Virus record (IMG/VR): IMGVR_UViG_3300027917_000033
Coordinates: 23,843-87,842 of that record
Direction: 5' to 3' (one strand)
Length of the DNA stretch: 64,000 nt
Source of the DNA: a virus
Below are positions 29,383 through 39,738 of this stretch, piece by piece. Below the pieces are notes generated by a model, which had not been told where the DNA came from, searched no databases, and was given only the letters and a program-made list of their open reading frames with translations. The translations under genes and the position numbers were made by a program. Position 1 is the first letter of the stretch. The number at the start of each line of letters is the position of its first letter.

Positions 29383-30441
29383 ATGGACAAGATTATCATA
29401 GCTGCGGACATACACTGTGGTGTCAGAGGCAAGCTTGATGACTGCCTGTGGGCTTTAAAGACCATAAGACAATATGCTAGCGATAATAGCATCGATGTGG
29501 TAGTGATCTTGGGCGACTTATTCCATGACAGGGTTAATTTAAACATCAAAGTGATATCTGGTGTTGCAGATTTTCTCGATGAAGCGAAGTACAAGTACAA
29601 CCAGGAATGGTTGTTATTTCCTGGCAACCATGACATGTTCATGAGGCATTCGTGGAACGTTAATTCGCTCCGTCCGATAAAAAGGCTAGTTACCCTTATT
29701 GATGATGTAGCATTAGTCCGTATAGAAGACAGAAAATTCAGAATTGTGCCATTTATACAAAAAGAAGAAGTGTTCAGCCGTGTTCTAGACAGGATGGAAG
29801 AGAAAATAAGCGGAGATGAGGTATTGTTGACCCATGCCGGTATTTCCGGTGCGAAATATAATTCATGTTTTTTGATGCAGCATTGGGGCATTATAGATTT
29901 CACAAACACCAATTTCTCAAAGGTGTTTGCTGGTCATTTCCACTGCATGCAAGAATATGGGAATGTACACATACCTGGTAGTCCTATTCCATTTAGATTC
30001 GATGAAGGCATGGTTGACCACGGGTTCTTTGAATTTGATCTTAATACTAACCAGACGAAATTCGTTAATATAAATGTCGGCAGAGAGCTGGTAGGCGGTT
30101 CGTTGCCACCAGATTATGTGACTATTCCGATAAATGATTTAAGTGATGTTGATGTATCGAACAACAACATAAGAGTATTTCTTGATCAGGAGAACAAATC
30201 GAGGGATGAATTAGACAGAATCAGGAAAGATTTGATGGATCGTGGCGCTATTAAAGTAGCATGGATGAAGACGAAAGAAGAAGACAGAGAGGTTCCTAGC
30301 GGTACAGCATCTCTGGAGCCATCGTCGTTATTAGAAAAATTCATCGAGTTTGATAAGCCTAAAGGTCTCAATAAGCAATTGCTTCTTTCATTAAACAAGC
30401 AGATTATGGAAGAAGCGTTCGACGCGAACCCAAATGAATAA
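29383..30441 (+). CDS. Mre11/SbcD-like nuclease (T4 gp47-like)
   Basis: ADIH, LGDLFH, PGNHD, LTH, AGHFH metallophosphoesterase motifs. Confidence 0.9.
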   Translation: MDKIIIAADIHCGVRGKLDDCLWALKTIRQYASDNSIDVVVILGDLFHDRVNLNIKVISGVADFLDEAKYKYNQEWLLFPGNHDMFMRHSWNVNSLRPIKRLVTLIDDVALVRIEDRKFRIVPFIQKEEVFSRVLDRMEEKISGDEVLLTHAGISGAKYNSCFLMQHWGIIDFTNTNFSKVFAGHFHCMQEYGNVHIPGSPIPFRFDEGMVDHGFFEFDLNTNQTKFVNINVGRELVGGSLPPDYVTIPINDLSDVDVSNNNIRVFLDQENKSRDELDRIRKDLMDRGAIKVAWMKTKEEDREVPSGTASLEPSSLLEKFIEFDKPKGLNKQLLLSLNKQIMEEAFDANPNE

Positions 30442-32590
30442 GTTGATCATATCAAGTGTTGAATTCAAAAATTTTCTCAGTTATGGAGACTATGAAACCC
30501 AAGTACGCTTGGAGGATAGCGGCCCAGTCCTGATAGTTGGTGACAAATCAGAAAATGGTTCGAGAGATTTTGGCAATAGTAATGGCGCTGGGAAATCGAC
30601 AATAACGACAGCCATCCTATGGTGTTTGTTTGGCAGGACATTTAACAAGGCGAAGCCAGGCGACAAGGTAGTAAATTGGTATACTGGGAAAAATTGTTAT
30701 GTCACGATTAGAACAGCCGATGGTTGGAAGATCACGAGGACCAGGAAATCTGATAACGATAATGAACTGGCTATAAATTATAACGGCGAAGACAAGACAT
30801 TATCGACACCGACCAATACACAAAAATTTTTAGATAGACAATTTGGGCTTGATTTCGATATATTCACGTCTAGTATGTTCTTCGGGCAGTTTTCAGCACC
30901 ATTCTTAGGGTTGGGCGATCAAAAGAGGAAAGCTGCCCTGGAGAGGTTGTTAAACTTAGATAAACTCAATTTATGGTCATTAATTTCGAAAGATAAGGCT
31001 AAGAAATCAGAATCAGCGATTGGGAAATGTACGATAAAGATAAACGGGTATGAATCTGAGTTAGCTAAGCACCAAGAGCATAAAGACGCCATGGAGAAAC
31101 TTGCCGATGATTATGAAAAAGTCAAAGCTGGTAAACTTGCGCAACTGCGCAAAAATGTAAATCTTAAAGAAAAAGAACGTGATTCAATAATAGTTCCAGA
31201 CGTTGACAGACTTAGGATCAGGTGGGATGCTATCAACAAAATCCACGAGAAATTAAAGGATTATGAAACCAGGAGGAATACTACTTCAAATCAAATTGCA
31301 CAATTGAAATCAAGTATACAGAGAAACATTCAAACGATAGAAAAGCATCAAGATCAACTAAAAGGGTTTGAAAGTTATGATATTGACTCCATACGCTTGC
31401 AGAATGCTGAAAATAATAAGAACGATGACGAGAGAGCTAGGATTAAGTCGGTTATAGATAACCTTAGAAGAAACTTGATAATGAGGCAGGCCACAAAGGA
31501 CGCCAAACTATCATCTATAACCGAATGGGAATCTCAATCTGGCAAAATATGTCCAAACTGTAAACAAAACATAGATCCAGATCATACCAGCCACATCTGT
31601 GACCCCATACAAAAGGAAATCAATGAGATTTCCGAACAAATTGAAAGACTAAACAGAGAAATCGATGAATGGAATGAAAAATTCGGTCAAATAGCAGAAA
31701 ACATCAGGCTTATATCTGTTGAGGAAGCCATTAAAATAAATTCATCATCAACAATGATGAAAGAAGAAGTAAACAGGATGAAGTCTGAGAATGAGGCGTC
31801 TATCGAAACAATAGATAAACTGAGTTCAGAAGTTTCGTCAATCAATGTGTTAATAAGTAAAGTTGGTGAACAAATACAAAAGTCTATCCCGGATATGACA
31901 ATTGACGAAGCTCTTGAAATAAAGCACAGTAGGAAATTGGTTGAGAATGAAATATTAGAACTGAACAACAAAATCAATGAGCTCAACAGGGAAAACAATC
32001 CGCATGAAGCATCATTGAATTTGATAAAGAACCAAATAAAATCAACGACTGATAATATGAACAAAGCGATTGAAGCCAGAGACAGGTTGCAATTGCTATA
32101 TTCGCACCTAACTTATATCCAATCTGCCTATGGCGACAGGAAGAAAATCAAGAAATTTATATTGACTAACCTCATTCCGTCATTGAATCAGAGAGTACAA
32201 TATTACTTGGAATCATTCGAATGTGATTTTGGCATCGAATTTACACCAACATTGTCCATATTGCCGTCTAAATGGGATTATGAATTCTGTTCGGGTGGCG
32301 AACAGAAGAGGATAGATATGGCGATAATGTTCGCGCTGTATGACTTGTACGTTGATATGTATGGTCAGCAGTGTAACGTTATGGTTCTTGACGAAGTAGA
32401 TGGTAGATTAGATAGCACAGGTATCGAATCATTTATATCAATTATAATGAATGACTTCTGCAAGAAGGATGGGATACATCCTGACACAATAATGGTCATT
32501 AGCCACAGACAAGAGATGCTCGATGTGTTTCCATCGAAACTGTTGGTGAGGATGGAAGAGGGATTCTCTTTTATAGAACCTATTATTTAG
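30434..32590 (+). CDS. Rad50/SbcC-like ATPase (T4 gp46-like)
   Basis: FKNFLSYG, NGAGKS, CPNC zinc hook, SGGE signature, LDEVD, ISH. Confidence 0.92.
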   Translation: MNKLIISSVEFKNFLSYGDYETQVRLEDSGPVLIVGDKSENGSRDFGNSNGAGKSTITTAILWCLFGRTFNKAKPGDKVVNWYTGKNCYVTIRTADGWKITRTRKSDNDNELAINYNGEDKTLSTPTNTQKFLDRQFGLDFDIFTSSMFFGQFSAPFLGLGDQKRKAALERLLNLDKLNLWSLISKDKAKKSESAIGKCTIKINGYESELAKHQEHKDAMEKLADDYEKVKAGKLAQLRKNVNLKEKERDSIIVPDVDRLRIRWDAINKIHEKLKDYETRRNTTSNQIAQLKSSIQRNIQTIEKHQDQLKGFESYDIDSIRLQNAENNKNDDERARIKSVIDNLRRNLIMRQATKDAKLSSITEWESQSGKICPNCKQNIDPDHTSHICDPIQKEINEISEQIERLNREIDEWNEKFGQIAENIRLISVEEAIKINSSSTMMKEEVNRMKSENEASIETIDKLSSEVSSINVLISKVGEQIQKSIPDMTIDEALEIKHSRKLVENEILELNNKINELNRENNPHEASLNLIKNQIKSTTDNMNKAIEARDRLQLLYSHLTYIQSAYGDRKKIKKFILTNLIPSLNQRVQYYLESFECDFGIEFTPTLSILPSKWDYEFCSGGEQKRIDMAIMFALYDLYVDMYGQQCNVMVLDEVDGRLDSTGIESFISIIMNDFCKKDGIHPDTIMVISHRQEMLDVFPSKLLVRMEEGFSFIEPII

Positions 32591-32602
32591 CAAATATAAA
32601 CT

Positions 32603-33148
32603 ATGATTAATCCCAAAACACAGAACCGTATTAGAAGATCCATCCAAGAAGAGCTGATAAAGAGATTGCTTGTTAAATATTTTAAAGATAAAGGATTCTC
32701 TGAATCATTCGATAAAATGATATTTCCGCCGATGATATTCGATATGCCATATATGATTCCAGAGTTATTAAATAGTGTCGAAGTTGTTCCGTTTGTCGAA
32801 CAAATGGATCCAATAACTAATGTAGTGACGATAGGATGGAATTTATTTGTACTAGGCACAAACAGGATGTTTCTTGGTACTTCTACGCATCCCAATCTGA
32901 TGGAATTCCGCAGAAGTTTGATGGGTCAGCACGGGCAGAAATTGCCAAGCGAAATGAAAAAGACACCGAAGGCGATTATTGAATTTGTAATGAATATAGT
33001 TGGTCGTAACAAGAATGCAATTACGGAATTCCCACCAAATACTAGGATGCCAACCATAAACAATATGATACCGCCAATTGGTGCTAACAGGCCTAGGATT
33101 GGCCCATCGATGTCTGGTGGGTGGTATGAAAGAAATAGGCCGGTTTAA
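32603..33148 (+). CDS. hypothetical protein
   Basis: ORF; CAAATATA at 32591-32598 immediately upstream. Confidence 0.65.
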   Translation: MINPKTQNRIRRSIQEELIKRLLVKYFKDKGFSESFDKMIFPPMIFDMPYMIPELLNSVEVVPFVEQMDPITNVVTIGWNLFVLGTNRMFLGTSTHPNLMEFRRSLMGQHGQKLPSEMKKTPKAIIEFVMNIVGRNKNAITEFPPNTRMPTINNMIPPIGANRPRIGPSMSGGWYERNRPV

Positions 33149-33486
33149 CTAAAATCCATAAGATCTGCTACCTGATCTGCTTCTTTCCCGAATTTTTCTC
33201 TGGGCACTTCTCCGTCGTCTGTATATTCTAAGGTTAGCTGATAAGCACCGCTGTAGCCTTCTGCTGCTGATACTTTATCCATTAGCTCTGAGCGAACGTG
33301 GTCGTCCATTTGCGTCTCTGGCACCCAAACTTTTCTGACTATTTTAACTTTTTTGGCGACCGGACCAGCATGAATATTAATTATGTCGCCAACTCTTATT
33401 TTGTCTTGTAGCTGGAATGTATATGTCTTCTTGCCAGATTTAATATCTTCCGCGTATTTGTCGGGCAATTCGATAGCTAAGCTCAT
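33145..33486 (-). CDS. ASCH/PUA-domain protein
   Basis: YAEDIKSGKKT...IRVGDII. Confidence 0.65.
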   Translation of the reverse strand: MSLAIELPDKYAEDIKSGKKTYTFQLQDKIRVGDIINIHAGPVAKKVKIVRKVWVPETQMDDHVRSELMDKVSAAEGYSGAYQLTLEYTDDGEVPREKFGKEADQVADLMDFS

Positions 33487-33502
33487 TGGTCAATCCTCCG
33501 TT

Positions 33503-35134
33503 TTACATTTGAGGAGAATCTGGCCCCATTCCGAGAGCAAGCATTTGGATTTTAATCATTGATTCGTATCTCTTAACTTGATTGGCGCTGATTCCTAAAT
33601 AGTCAGCAATATCAGCCTTTTTGGGGTTGCTGCCATAGGTCTTCTTGAAGTCGGCTGGCGGGTCCACTTTGATGGCAATATATTTTATGGCCAGATCTGG
33701 CAGTTTTTCAAGTAGTGTACGCATAGCATCCCTACTAAGTAAGGAGTTAAAACTTGCGGACAACATATCCTTGTCTGCTATTTGCGACTCTAGCACATCC
33801 CTAACAGTCTTATCGCTATCATTGCTGTGTGGCTCATCAAACGATCTCGTCTGGTTGAACCTCGTTTCGACAATCTTTCTTGATATTATTGGCTGATCGC
33901 CGTTTGGATATACGTAGATTCCTTCATTTTCTACGGCTTTGACACTAACGTTATAACCAAGAAACTCGCGTTTGATTTCTGCAATTTTGATTGTCATTGC
34001 CCGGGGGAGCAAATTGGTTTCAGTTTTGATCAAATTGTTATCGATTTCAAATTTGATCGAATCTTTGGAGTTTTGTAGCATTGAGGCGATGAGCTGCAAA
34101 GCCACATCCTGGGCTTCACCCTTAACCACTCTCGTTATTTTAGTCATTGGTCTCTTATTCTCCTTTAGTATCTGGCCAAAGAATTCCCACCCGAAAGTCT
34201 TCATCAACTTGAACATCTGTTTATCGTCAAAGATGACCGACAGGTTGGGCGTCTTGGCCCTGATGATCAGATGGATCGGACTAAGGCCTTGGATGACGAT
34301 ATAGTGCGGCTTACCTTGTGACACAGTGAACTTGTCTTTTAATTTGTCATAAGCCAGCTGCATCATTTTGAGATCTGAGCCGATTATTGCTGGTCTAGAA
34401 CCATAACCAAGTTTGATCCCAGATGGGAAGGCTTGTGTTATGGTTACTTTTTTGCCTAAATCTGGTCCGGATACAATTTCGACAACATCGCCTGGCCTAA
34501 TTGGTGTTTTGTCAAACGTCCCGAACGGACCACTAAAAATTTGTCTGTGGCTGTTCCACCATGGCGTCATCGGCCCCAATATTGTGCGACCATCCCTGCT
34601 TATGGTAAACTTGGTCTGATCGTTTGGGTTACATAACAAACCACGATCACTAATAGAGACTGTTTTGGTGCTGTCCGGTGTACAAATATGAATTGTGTGC
34701 TCTGGCGGGATTGGCAAATTTTCGTTAATCAATATCGAGACGTTACCAATCTCGATGATGTTGTTATCATAAATGATCCCCTTTTTCCTGGATTTTTTGC
34801 CATTGACTAAGCATTCACCATATGCACGGTATTCTAGTGGGGTATGGTATGTTACTGAGAGGACTGCTCTCCATGCAGCGATCCAGAATTCAGTTTCTGC
34901 GGCATCTGAAAGATCTCGGTATTCACCCTTTATTGTTCTGGCTAGCTGCTTTTTGAATTCGCTTTTGTGCGGGGCCATTTCCGGGTCATCGATCAGTCTT
35001 TTGGTAATTTGATCGATGTTTATGCTTTGGTCCCGGTTGAGGTTCTTGGAGGTGAAGTTGACGAGACTTCCCCTTACGCAAAGACGGGCTACTTGCATCT
35101 TCTGCTCCTTCTTTTTTTCTTCCCGAAATGTCAA
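33503..35134 (-). CDS. sigma70-like factor with large insertion containing a KOW-like motif
   Basis: Region-2-like AETEFWIAAWRAV, RSFDEP, region-4 HTH KADIADYLGISANQVKRYE; IRPGDVVEIVSGPDLGKKVTI. Confidence 0.6.
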   Translation of the reverse strand: MTFREEKKKEQKMQVARLCVRGSLVNFTSKNLNRDQSINIDQITKRLIDDPEMAPHKSEFKKQLARTIKGEYRDLSDAAETEFWIAAWRAVLSVTYHTPLEYRAYGECLVNGKKSRKKGIIYDNNIIEIGNVSILINENLPIPPEHTIHICTPDSTKTVSISDRGLLCNPNDQTKFTISRDGRTILGPMTPWWNSHRQIFSGPFGTFDKTPIRPGDVVEIVSGPDLGKKVTITQAFPSGIKLGYGSRPAIIGSDLKMMQLAYDKLKDKFTVSQGKPHYIVIQGLSPIHLIIRAKTPNLSVIFDDKQMFKLMKTFGWEFFGQILKENKRPMTKITRVVKGEAQDVALQLIASMLQNSKDSIKFEIDNNLIKTETNLLPRAMTIKIAEIKREFLGYNVSVKAVENEGIYVYPNGDQPIISRKIVETRFNQTRSFDEPHSNDSDKTVRDVLESQIADKDMLSASFNSLLSRDAMRTLLEKLPDLAIKYIAIKVDPPADFKKTYGSNPKKADIADYLGISANQVKRYESMIKIQMLALGMGPDSPQM

Positions 35135-35190
35135 AATATTTGGCCATTTATCTGGAGTGTATTTTACGCAATAACCTTAAGGAGACAAAA

Positions 35191-35619
35191 ATGTACGTGA
35201 TATCAGAAGAACTGGAATTTGATTGGACACAATGGCAGCAAGATGGTAATCTCTATGCCTGGGAGAGGTTGCAAGAACAAATTTACAAGATGTGCATGGG
35301 TATCGCAATTAAATTTCGCCCCATAAATGAAGAAGAGCACCGAGAACTGGCACACGAATCATTTGTGCTTACTATGGCCAAAATAAGGGATGGACGGCTT
35401 ACTTTCGACGACAGGGCTCCAGTGTTTAATCTGCTGACAACTACAATTTTCAGGCACCTGTACAGCCTAAAGAACAAAGACAGCAGGCGGCGTAACGCGA
35501 TGAATAAATACGCTAAGAAAATCTTGAATAAGTCTCAAACCAAAGAACAATTATCAACCTCGCAATTAAATCACATTTGGGACTCTCTGTCAAGTATTGG
35601 CGTTACATCGCAAAAATAA
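35191..35619 (+). CDS. short sigma region-2-like protein (gp55-like late sigma candidate)
   Basis: AWERL...IAIKF...RELAHESFV...FD...VFNLLTTTIFRHL. Confidence 0.55.
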   Translation: MYVISEELEFDWTQWQQDGNLYAWERLQEQIYKMCMGIAIKFRPINEEEHRELAHESFVLTMAKIRDGRLTFDDRAPVFNLLTTTIFRHLYSLKNKDSRRRNAMNKYAKKILNKSQTKEQLSTSQLNHIWDSLSSIGVTSQK

Positions 35620-35623
35620 TTAT

Positions 35624-36616
35624 ATGAAACTGAAACCAAATTTACGCCCAAGACCTAATCTACTCAAGACCCCGAAGATACCGGCATCTATATCCGTACA
35701 ACCTAAGAACGCGGTTAAAATACCTACGATTCATTCGAAGCCAATATCTGTTGTTAGAGCTGTTACAAGAAATAGGCCAAAACCGGTGGCTAGGCCAAAA
35801 CCAAGTGGCGTCCAAACAGTTTCGAAGAAAGCTTATGTTGTCAGGAAGCGGTCACTAACTAATGTCCGCCCCAGCCATCTGAGGAAAGCACACGATGCTC
35901 TTCTTGGGAAGCATACCGACAAGATAAGAGAATTGATCGGCTCCGGACATGGTAGAATATTAATTATTATTGCGTGTGGGCCGTCCGTAAATCAAGCAGA
36001 TTTCGAAAAGCTGAAAGAGCATTCAAAAATTGACTTTTTATGTGTGAACAAGCCAGACATGAGGGTTTGGCCATCTAAATATTGGGTATTCTGTGACCAG
36101 TCCCAATACAATAGGAACCAAGAATATTGGCCAGGGTATAAAGGCACCATTATCAATGCATCGTCGGTAAGGGCAAACCACCCAAAGCAGATCCTAATAA
36201 GAACATTGGCTGGTAAAGGATTTTCTAGAGATATGACTAAGGGGTTTCACATAGGTAGATCTACTACATATGCGTCAATGCAAGTGGCACTGTATATGGG
36301 ATACAACAAAATCTACATTTATGGTTGTGACATGAGTGCTGTTGATGGCCAAATGCATAGGTATGGGCAAAACCCTGACGTTTCAAACGAAAATAGGCTG
36401 AAGAGATTCGATAAAGAAGCTGAAAATTATGATTGGGCTCTTCGCGGCATGAAGCAGCATGAAATAGACAAGTTCTTTTTTTGCTCATCACATAATCCTT
36501 ATGGTTTTGCCGATATGTTTGGTAGGCTTGACCAAATAGATGCGCATATAACTATTTTGCGAGAAGCCAATGAATTAATGACCAAGAAAGAAGAATCTGA
36601 GCTAGCAAAAATATAA
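35624..36616 (+). CDS. MAF_flag10/MptE-like (sialyltransferase-like fold) protein with basic N-terminus
   Basis: IIACGPS, CVN, FCD, STTYASMQVALYMGYNKIYIYGCD. Confidence 0.65.
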   Translation: MKLKPNLRPRPNLLKTPKIPASISVQPKNAVKIPTIHSKPISVVRAVTRNRPKPVARPKPSGVQTVSKKAYVVRKRSLTNVRPSHLRKAHDALLGKHTDKIRELIGSGHGRILIIIACGPSVNQADFEKLKEHSKIDFLCVNKPDMRVWPSKYWVFCDQSQYNRNQEYWPGYKGTIINASSVRANHPKQILIRTLAGKGFSRDMTKGFHIGRSTTYASMQVALYMGYNKIYIYGCDMSAVDGQMHRYGQNPDVSNENRLKRFDKEAENYDWALRGMKQHEIDKFFFCSSHNPYGFADMFGRLDQIDAHITILREANELMTKKEESELAKI

Positions 36617-36638
36617 TGGATTTTTAAGGGAACGCATT

Positions 36639-37151
36639 ATGGCCAAAAAGGGTGCGCCAATGGGCAAGGGAAATGTTGGTAAAACTTCTTCAAAGACTTC
36701 GGCCAAGGGTGCCCACGGAGGCGGCATTAAATTTGGCCAGGTTGTGCTTGGCAGTGGATTCAAGACTATTAACAAGGGAATCAATAAAGCAAAATCTGCA
36801 GCAAAGCTACCAAAACCAAAGAATAACATTTCTGAAAGCACAAGCCCGCTAACTAGGCCTCCAGTGTCGCTTGGGAATGGATTTGGAACAAATCCGTATC
36901 TTAGAGCTGAGGCCAAAGCCGTCAGCAAGAAATGGGGGCAGTCTGCGTTAAAGAAAGCTGCCAAGCCGCCCTCGAAAGGTGGTACCAAAGGCTCTCTGCG
37001 CCGCATGATGGGCAAGGGTGAAGGTGAGAAAATAACTAGATCTGAACTTAAGGCGGTGATTGATAACCCAAGAAGTTCTGCCAAAAAGAAGCAAAAAGCA
37101 TTAGCAATATATAATCTTGGTGGTGGGGCGAAGGGCAAAAATGGGAAATAA
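36639..37151 (+). CDS. highly basic Lys/Gly-rich protein (possible DNA-condensing core protein)
   Basis: Composition; CAAAAATA motif at 36606. Confidence 0.6.
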   Translation: MAKKGAPMGKGNVGKTSSKTSAKGAHGGGIKFGQVVLGSGFKTINKGINKAKSAAKLPKPKNNISESTSPLTRPPVSLGNGFGTNPYLRAEAKAVSKKWGQSALKKAAKPPSKGGTKGSLRRMMGKGEGEKITRSELKAVIDNPRSSAKKKQKALAIYNLGGGAKGKNGK

Positions 37152-37185
37152 ACATTATTTGCCTGTTCATGCGTAGTCGTATTTA

Positions 37186-37809
37186 ATGTGCATGAACCTA
37201 TTAAAAAACACCAGTTGCTATTTGGCAGGCCCGGTTGAGCACGACAAGAAAGCCACATCTTGGAGACAGGATGTGGCTTCTTTCTTATCGGCCAGAAGCG
37301 TCAGATCGTACGACCCGCTAATTAAACCACCATGGTTGGACGACATATGCCATGTTGATCCGTCTTTATATAAAAAAGCACTAGACGGCGAAACGCAGGT
37401 AGACGAAATAAACGGCAAAACGATCGAAATAAAGCCGAGCGACGTTATCGAAGCAAATCATATGATGCGTGTTGCTTGCATGCGTATCGTACACGCGGTT
37501 GATTGGGTGATCTGTTATTTGCCCATCAAATTCACTGTTGGAACGTTCGAAGAAATATTCGAAGCAATCCGAGTCGGCAAACCTGTGTTCTTCTGCTGTC
37601 CTAATGGCATACCGTCAACATGGATCTTGTCTGCTGTTGCACGGAATATGAACGAACGAGAGCGCTATTTCTTTGAAGATTGGGATTCACTAAAAGAGCA
37701 TATTGTTAGCATAGATATGGGTCTTGTAAAGTTGGACCCAGTTAAGTGGATGTTTTTGGCGTGGCTCGACTGGGACAAGTACCCGATAGAAACACCGGCA
37801 TGGAGGTGA
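37186..37809 (+). CDS. Nucleoside 2-deoxyribosyltransferase / dNMP N-hydrolase-like protein
   Basis: CYLAGPVE...WR...YDP...DWVICYL...TVGTFEEI...GKPV. Confidence 0.7.
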   Translation: MCMNLLKNTSCYLAGPVEHDKKATSWRQDVASFLSARSVRSYDPLIKPPWLDDICHVDPSLYKKALDGETQVDEINGKTIEIKPSDVIEANHMMRVACMRIVHAVDWVICYLPIKFTVGTFEEIFEAIRVGKPVFFCCPNGIPSTWILSAVARNMNERERYFFEDWDSLKEHIVSIDMGLVKLDPVKWMFLAWLDWDKYPIETPAWR

Positions 37810-37812
37810 AAA

Positions 37813-38481
37813 ATGTATAATATAACCGGGAAAATGGAAATCAACATGATCACTCCGGAGATTGATCCCGCCGCAACATCGAACTTTGCCATGAAATATA
37901 GATGCCCGGCAATTGTAATGAAGCCAGAATTTGTTCCGGCCATGATTGTTGATAGGTCAGCGAAGAGCGGGCAGTATAAAATTATTTCCGCAATCGATTT
38001 CCCAAACGGTAAGAATTTTGCCCTAGATAAGCTCAAGAACATTGATCCGATGGGGTTGGAAGTTGATGGTATGGATATCCTACTGTCGCAGAGGGCCGAA
38101 ATAGATGTGATGAATGAGCTGAAGACTCTGAAAGAGTTGATCAGGCAGACGATAAACCCGGCCATGAGCATCAGGGTTGTTCTTAGATGTCATAGTTCTG
38201 AATGGAGTAACGTTAAGAACTGTTTTGAAGCAATCAAGAAGCACGCCCCCGATATGATTCGTGTAGACCCACATCTTGAATTGCCTAAAGTCGGTTTGGA
38301 AGAACATATTGAGTGTTATAGGAAACTGCGCGAAGTGATTGCCAAGCCAGTTAAAATCTCTGGTAATGTTGATCTAAAGACCATCGAAGAGATTAGTAAA
38401 ATAGATAAGAATGCCAGATTCGACGTCAATCCGAAGCAGGCATATAATATCGTGAACGAATTAAACAAAAGAGAGGAATAA
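37813..38481 (+). CDS. DeoC (deoxyribose-phosphate aldolase)-like TIM barrel, divergent
   Basis: IDFPNG, G.DGMD, VKISGNV; the Schiff-base Lys position appears to be Arg (DMIRVD). Confidence 0.55.
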   Translation: MYNITGKMEINMITPEIDPAATSNFAMKYRCPAIVMKPEFVPAMIVDRSAKSGQYKIISAIDFPNGKNFALDKLKNIDPMGLEVDGMDILLSQRAEIDVMNELKTLKELIRQTINPAMSIRVVLRCHSSEWSNVKNCFEAIKKHAPDMIRVDPHLELPKVGLEEHIECYRKLREVIAKPVKISGNVDLKTIEEISKIDKNARFDVNPKQAYNIVNELNKREE

Positions 38482-39738
38482 ATGTTTAATACTAACGACA
38501 TCTTCCATCCAGGCAAATTGACTATCTGCATGGATGCCAGTGCAGGGAGTTCTGGCAAGGGAAAAGTAGCATCATTCATCTGCGAACACGCAGACAATTG
38601 GCAATTTTGTTGCAACACGTTCTCGGCTCAGGCTGGACATTGGGTGAAATTCGAAGATAAAACATACTTTTATCAGACCTTCAATAGCTGTGCATATTCT
38701 GATAAGTATGAAAAGATGTACATAGGGCCCGGCGCTTCTATGGAATACGAGGCCTTTTTCAACGAGATGGAAGAGAACAATATTGCGCCGGAAAGAATAG
38801 GCATCCACCCGCTATGCGCAATCATTCAAGGCAAAGACGCCGCTTTTGAACGCGGAGAAGTGGATCTGGATGGAAATCCGGCCAAACACACGGGAACTAT
38901 GGAGAAAGGTTCTACTTGCCACGGGGTGGGAGTCTGTCGTGCCAGGCGCGTCCTGCGCAGATCAGATGTCTTGTTGGCCAAAGACGTGCCAGAATTGCAA
39001 AGGTTTGTATGCGATACGACCGAGGAGATCACAGGCCGTTTGGAAGCTGGTCAGGCTGGGCTCCTTGAGATAGCACAAGGATTCCAGTTAAGTCTAATGT
39101 TGGAGAAAATGTACCCGTTTACAACAAGTAGGAATGTTACCGTTGCCGCTGGCTTCGATGATATGATGCTGCCAATAAAGTACGCTGGTGATATCGTCAT
39201 GAATTGCCGCACATATCCGATTAGGATTAACAGCAACAAATACCTTGACCCAGATGACGGCCACCATCTGGTATGGGATGAAATAGAGCAATATAAGAAA
39301 GAGGGCAGGGAGATTACGATATACAAAGGCGATTCAGGACCTGGATACAGTGACCAAAAGGAAATCAGTTGGGATCATCTGACCGAAATCAGCGGGTCGC
39401 CAGAACCCATAATGGAAATGACATCCGTAACCAAGCTTCCTAGGAGGGTGTTCACATTCAGCCAAGAAAATATCAAGCAAGCGATCAAGTACAATGACAC
39501 TGGTTGCACGATTTATTTGTCGGTGAATTTTGCTAACTATGTCGATCATGAAATTACAGGCAAACGTGGCGTGGTGGAACAGCCAGCGCTAATTGGTGAT
39601 AATCTTACTAGCAAATTTAAGGTATGGATACAGCGTAACATATTACCGCTGCTGGGCGATAATGTCAAGTTGCGGTTTGTTGGCACCGGACCCCTTACTG
39701 ATGACATGATTGTGGTTGGCGAAACATGGCCGGAATGA
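38482..39738 (+). CDS. purZ: PurZ-like N6-succino-2-amino-dAMP synthase (PurA paralogue)
   Basis: GSSGKG (Ser for the PurA Asp), AQAGH, GSTCHGVG, EIAQG, YPFTTSR, RTYPIRI, SGPGYSDQKEISW, TKLPRRVFTFS, NFANY in place of TKLD. Confidence 0.75.
   Translation: MFNTNDIFHPGKLTICMDASAGSSGKGKVASFICEHADNWQFCCNTFSAQAGHWVKFEDKTYFYQTFNSCAYSDKYEKMYIGPGASMEYEAFFNEMEENNIAPERIGIHPLCAIIQGKDAAFERGEVDLDGNPAKHTGTMEKGSTCHGVGVCRARRVLRRSDVLLAKDVPELQRFVCDTTEEITGRLEAGQAGLLEIAQGFQLSLMLEKMYPFTTSRNVTVAAGFDDMMLPIKYAGDIVMNCRTYPIRINSNKYLDPDDGHHLVWDEIEQYKKEGREITIYKGDSGPGYSDQKEISWDHLTEISGSPEPIMEMTSVTKLPRRVFTFSQENIKQAIKYNDTGCTIYLSVNFANYVDHEITGKRGVVEQPALIGDNLTSKFKVWIQRNILPLLGDNVKLRFVGTGPLTDDMIVVGETWPE

Noticed and set aside
38482-39738. 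Ordinary purA auxiliary metabolic gene
   Set aside because: Lacks the GDEGKG Asp and the TKLD guanine motif; pattern fits PurZ better
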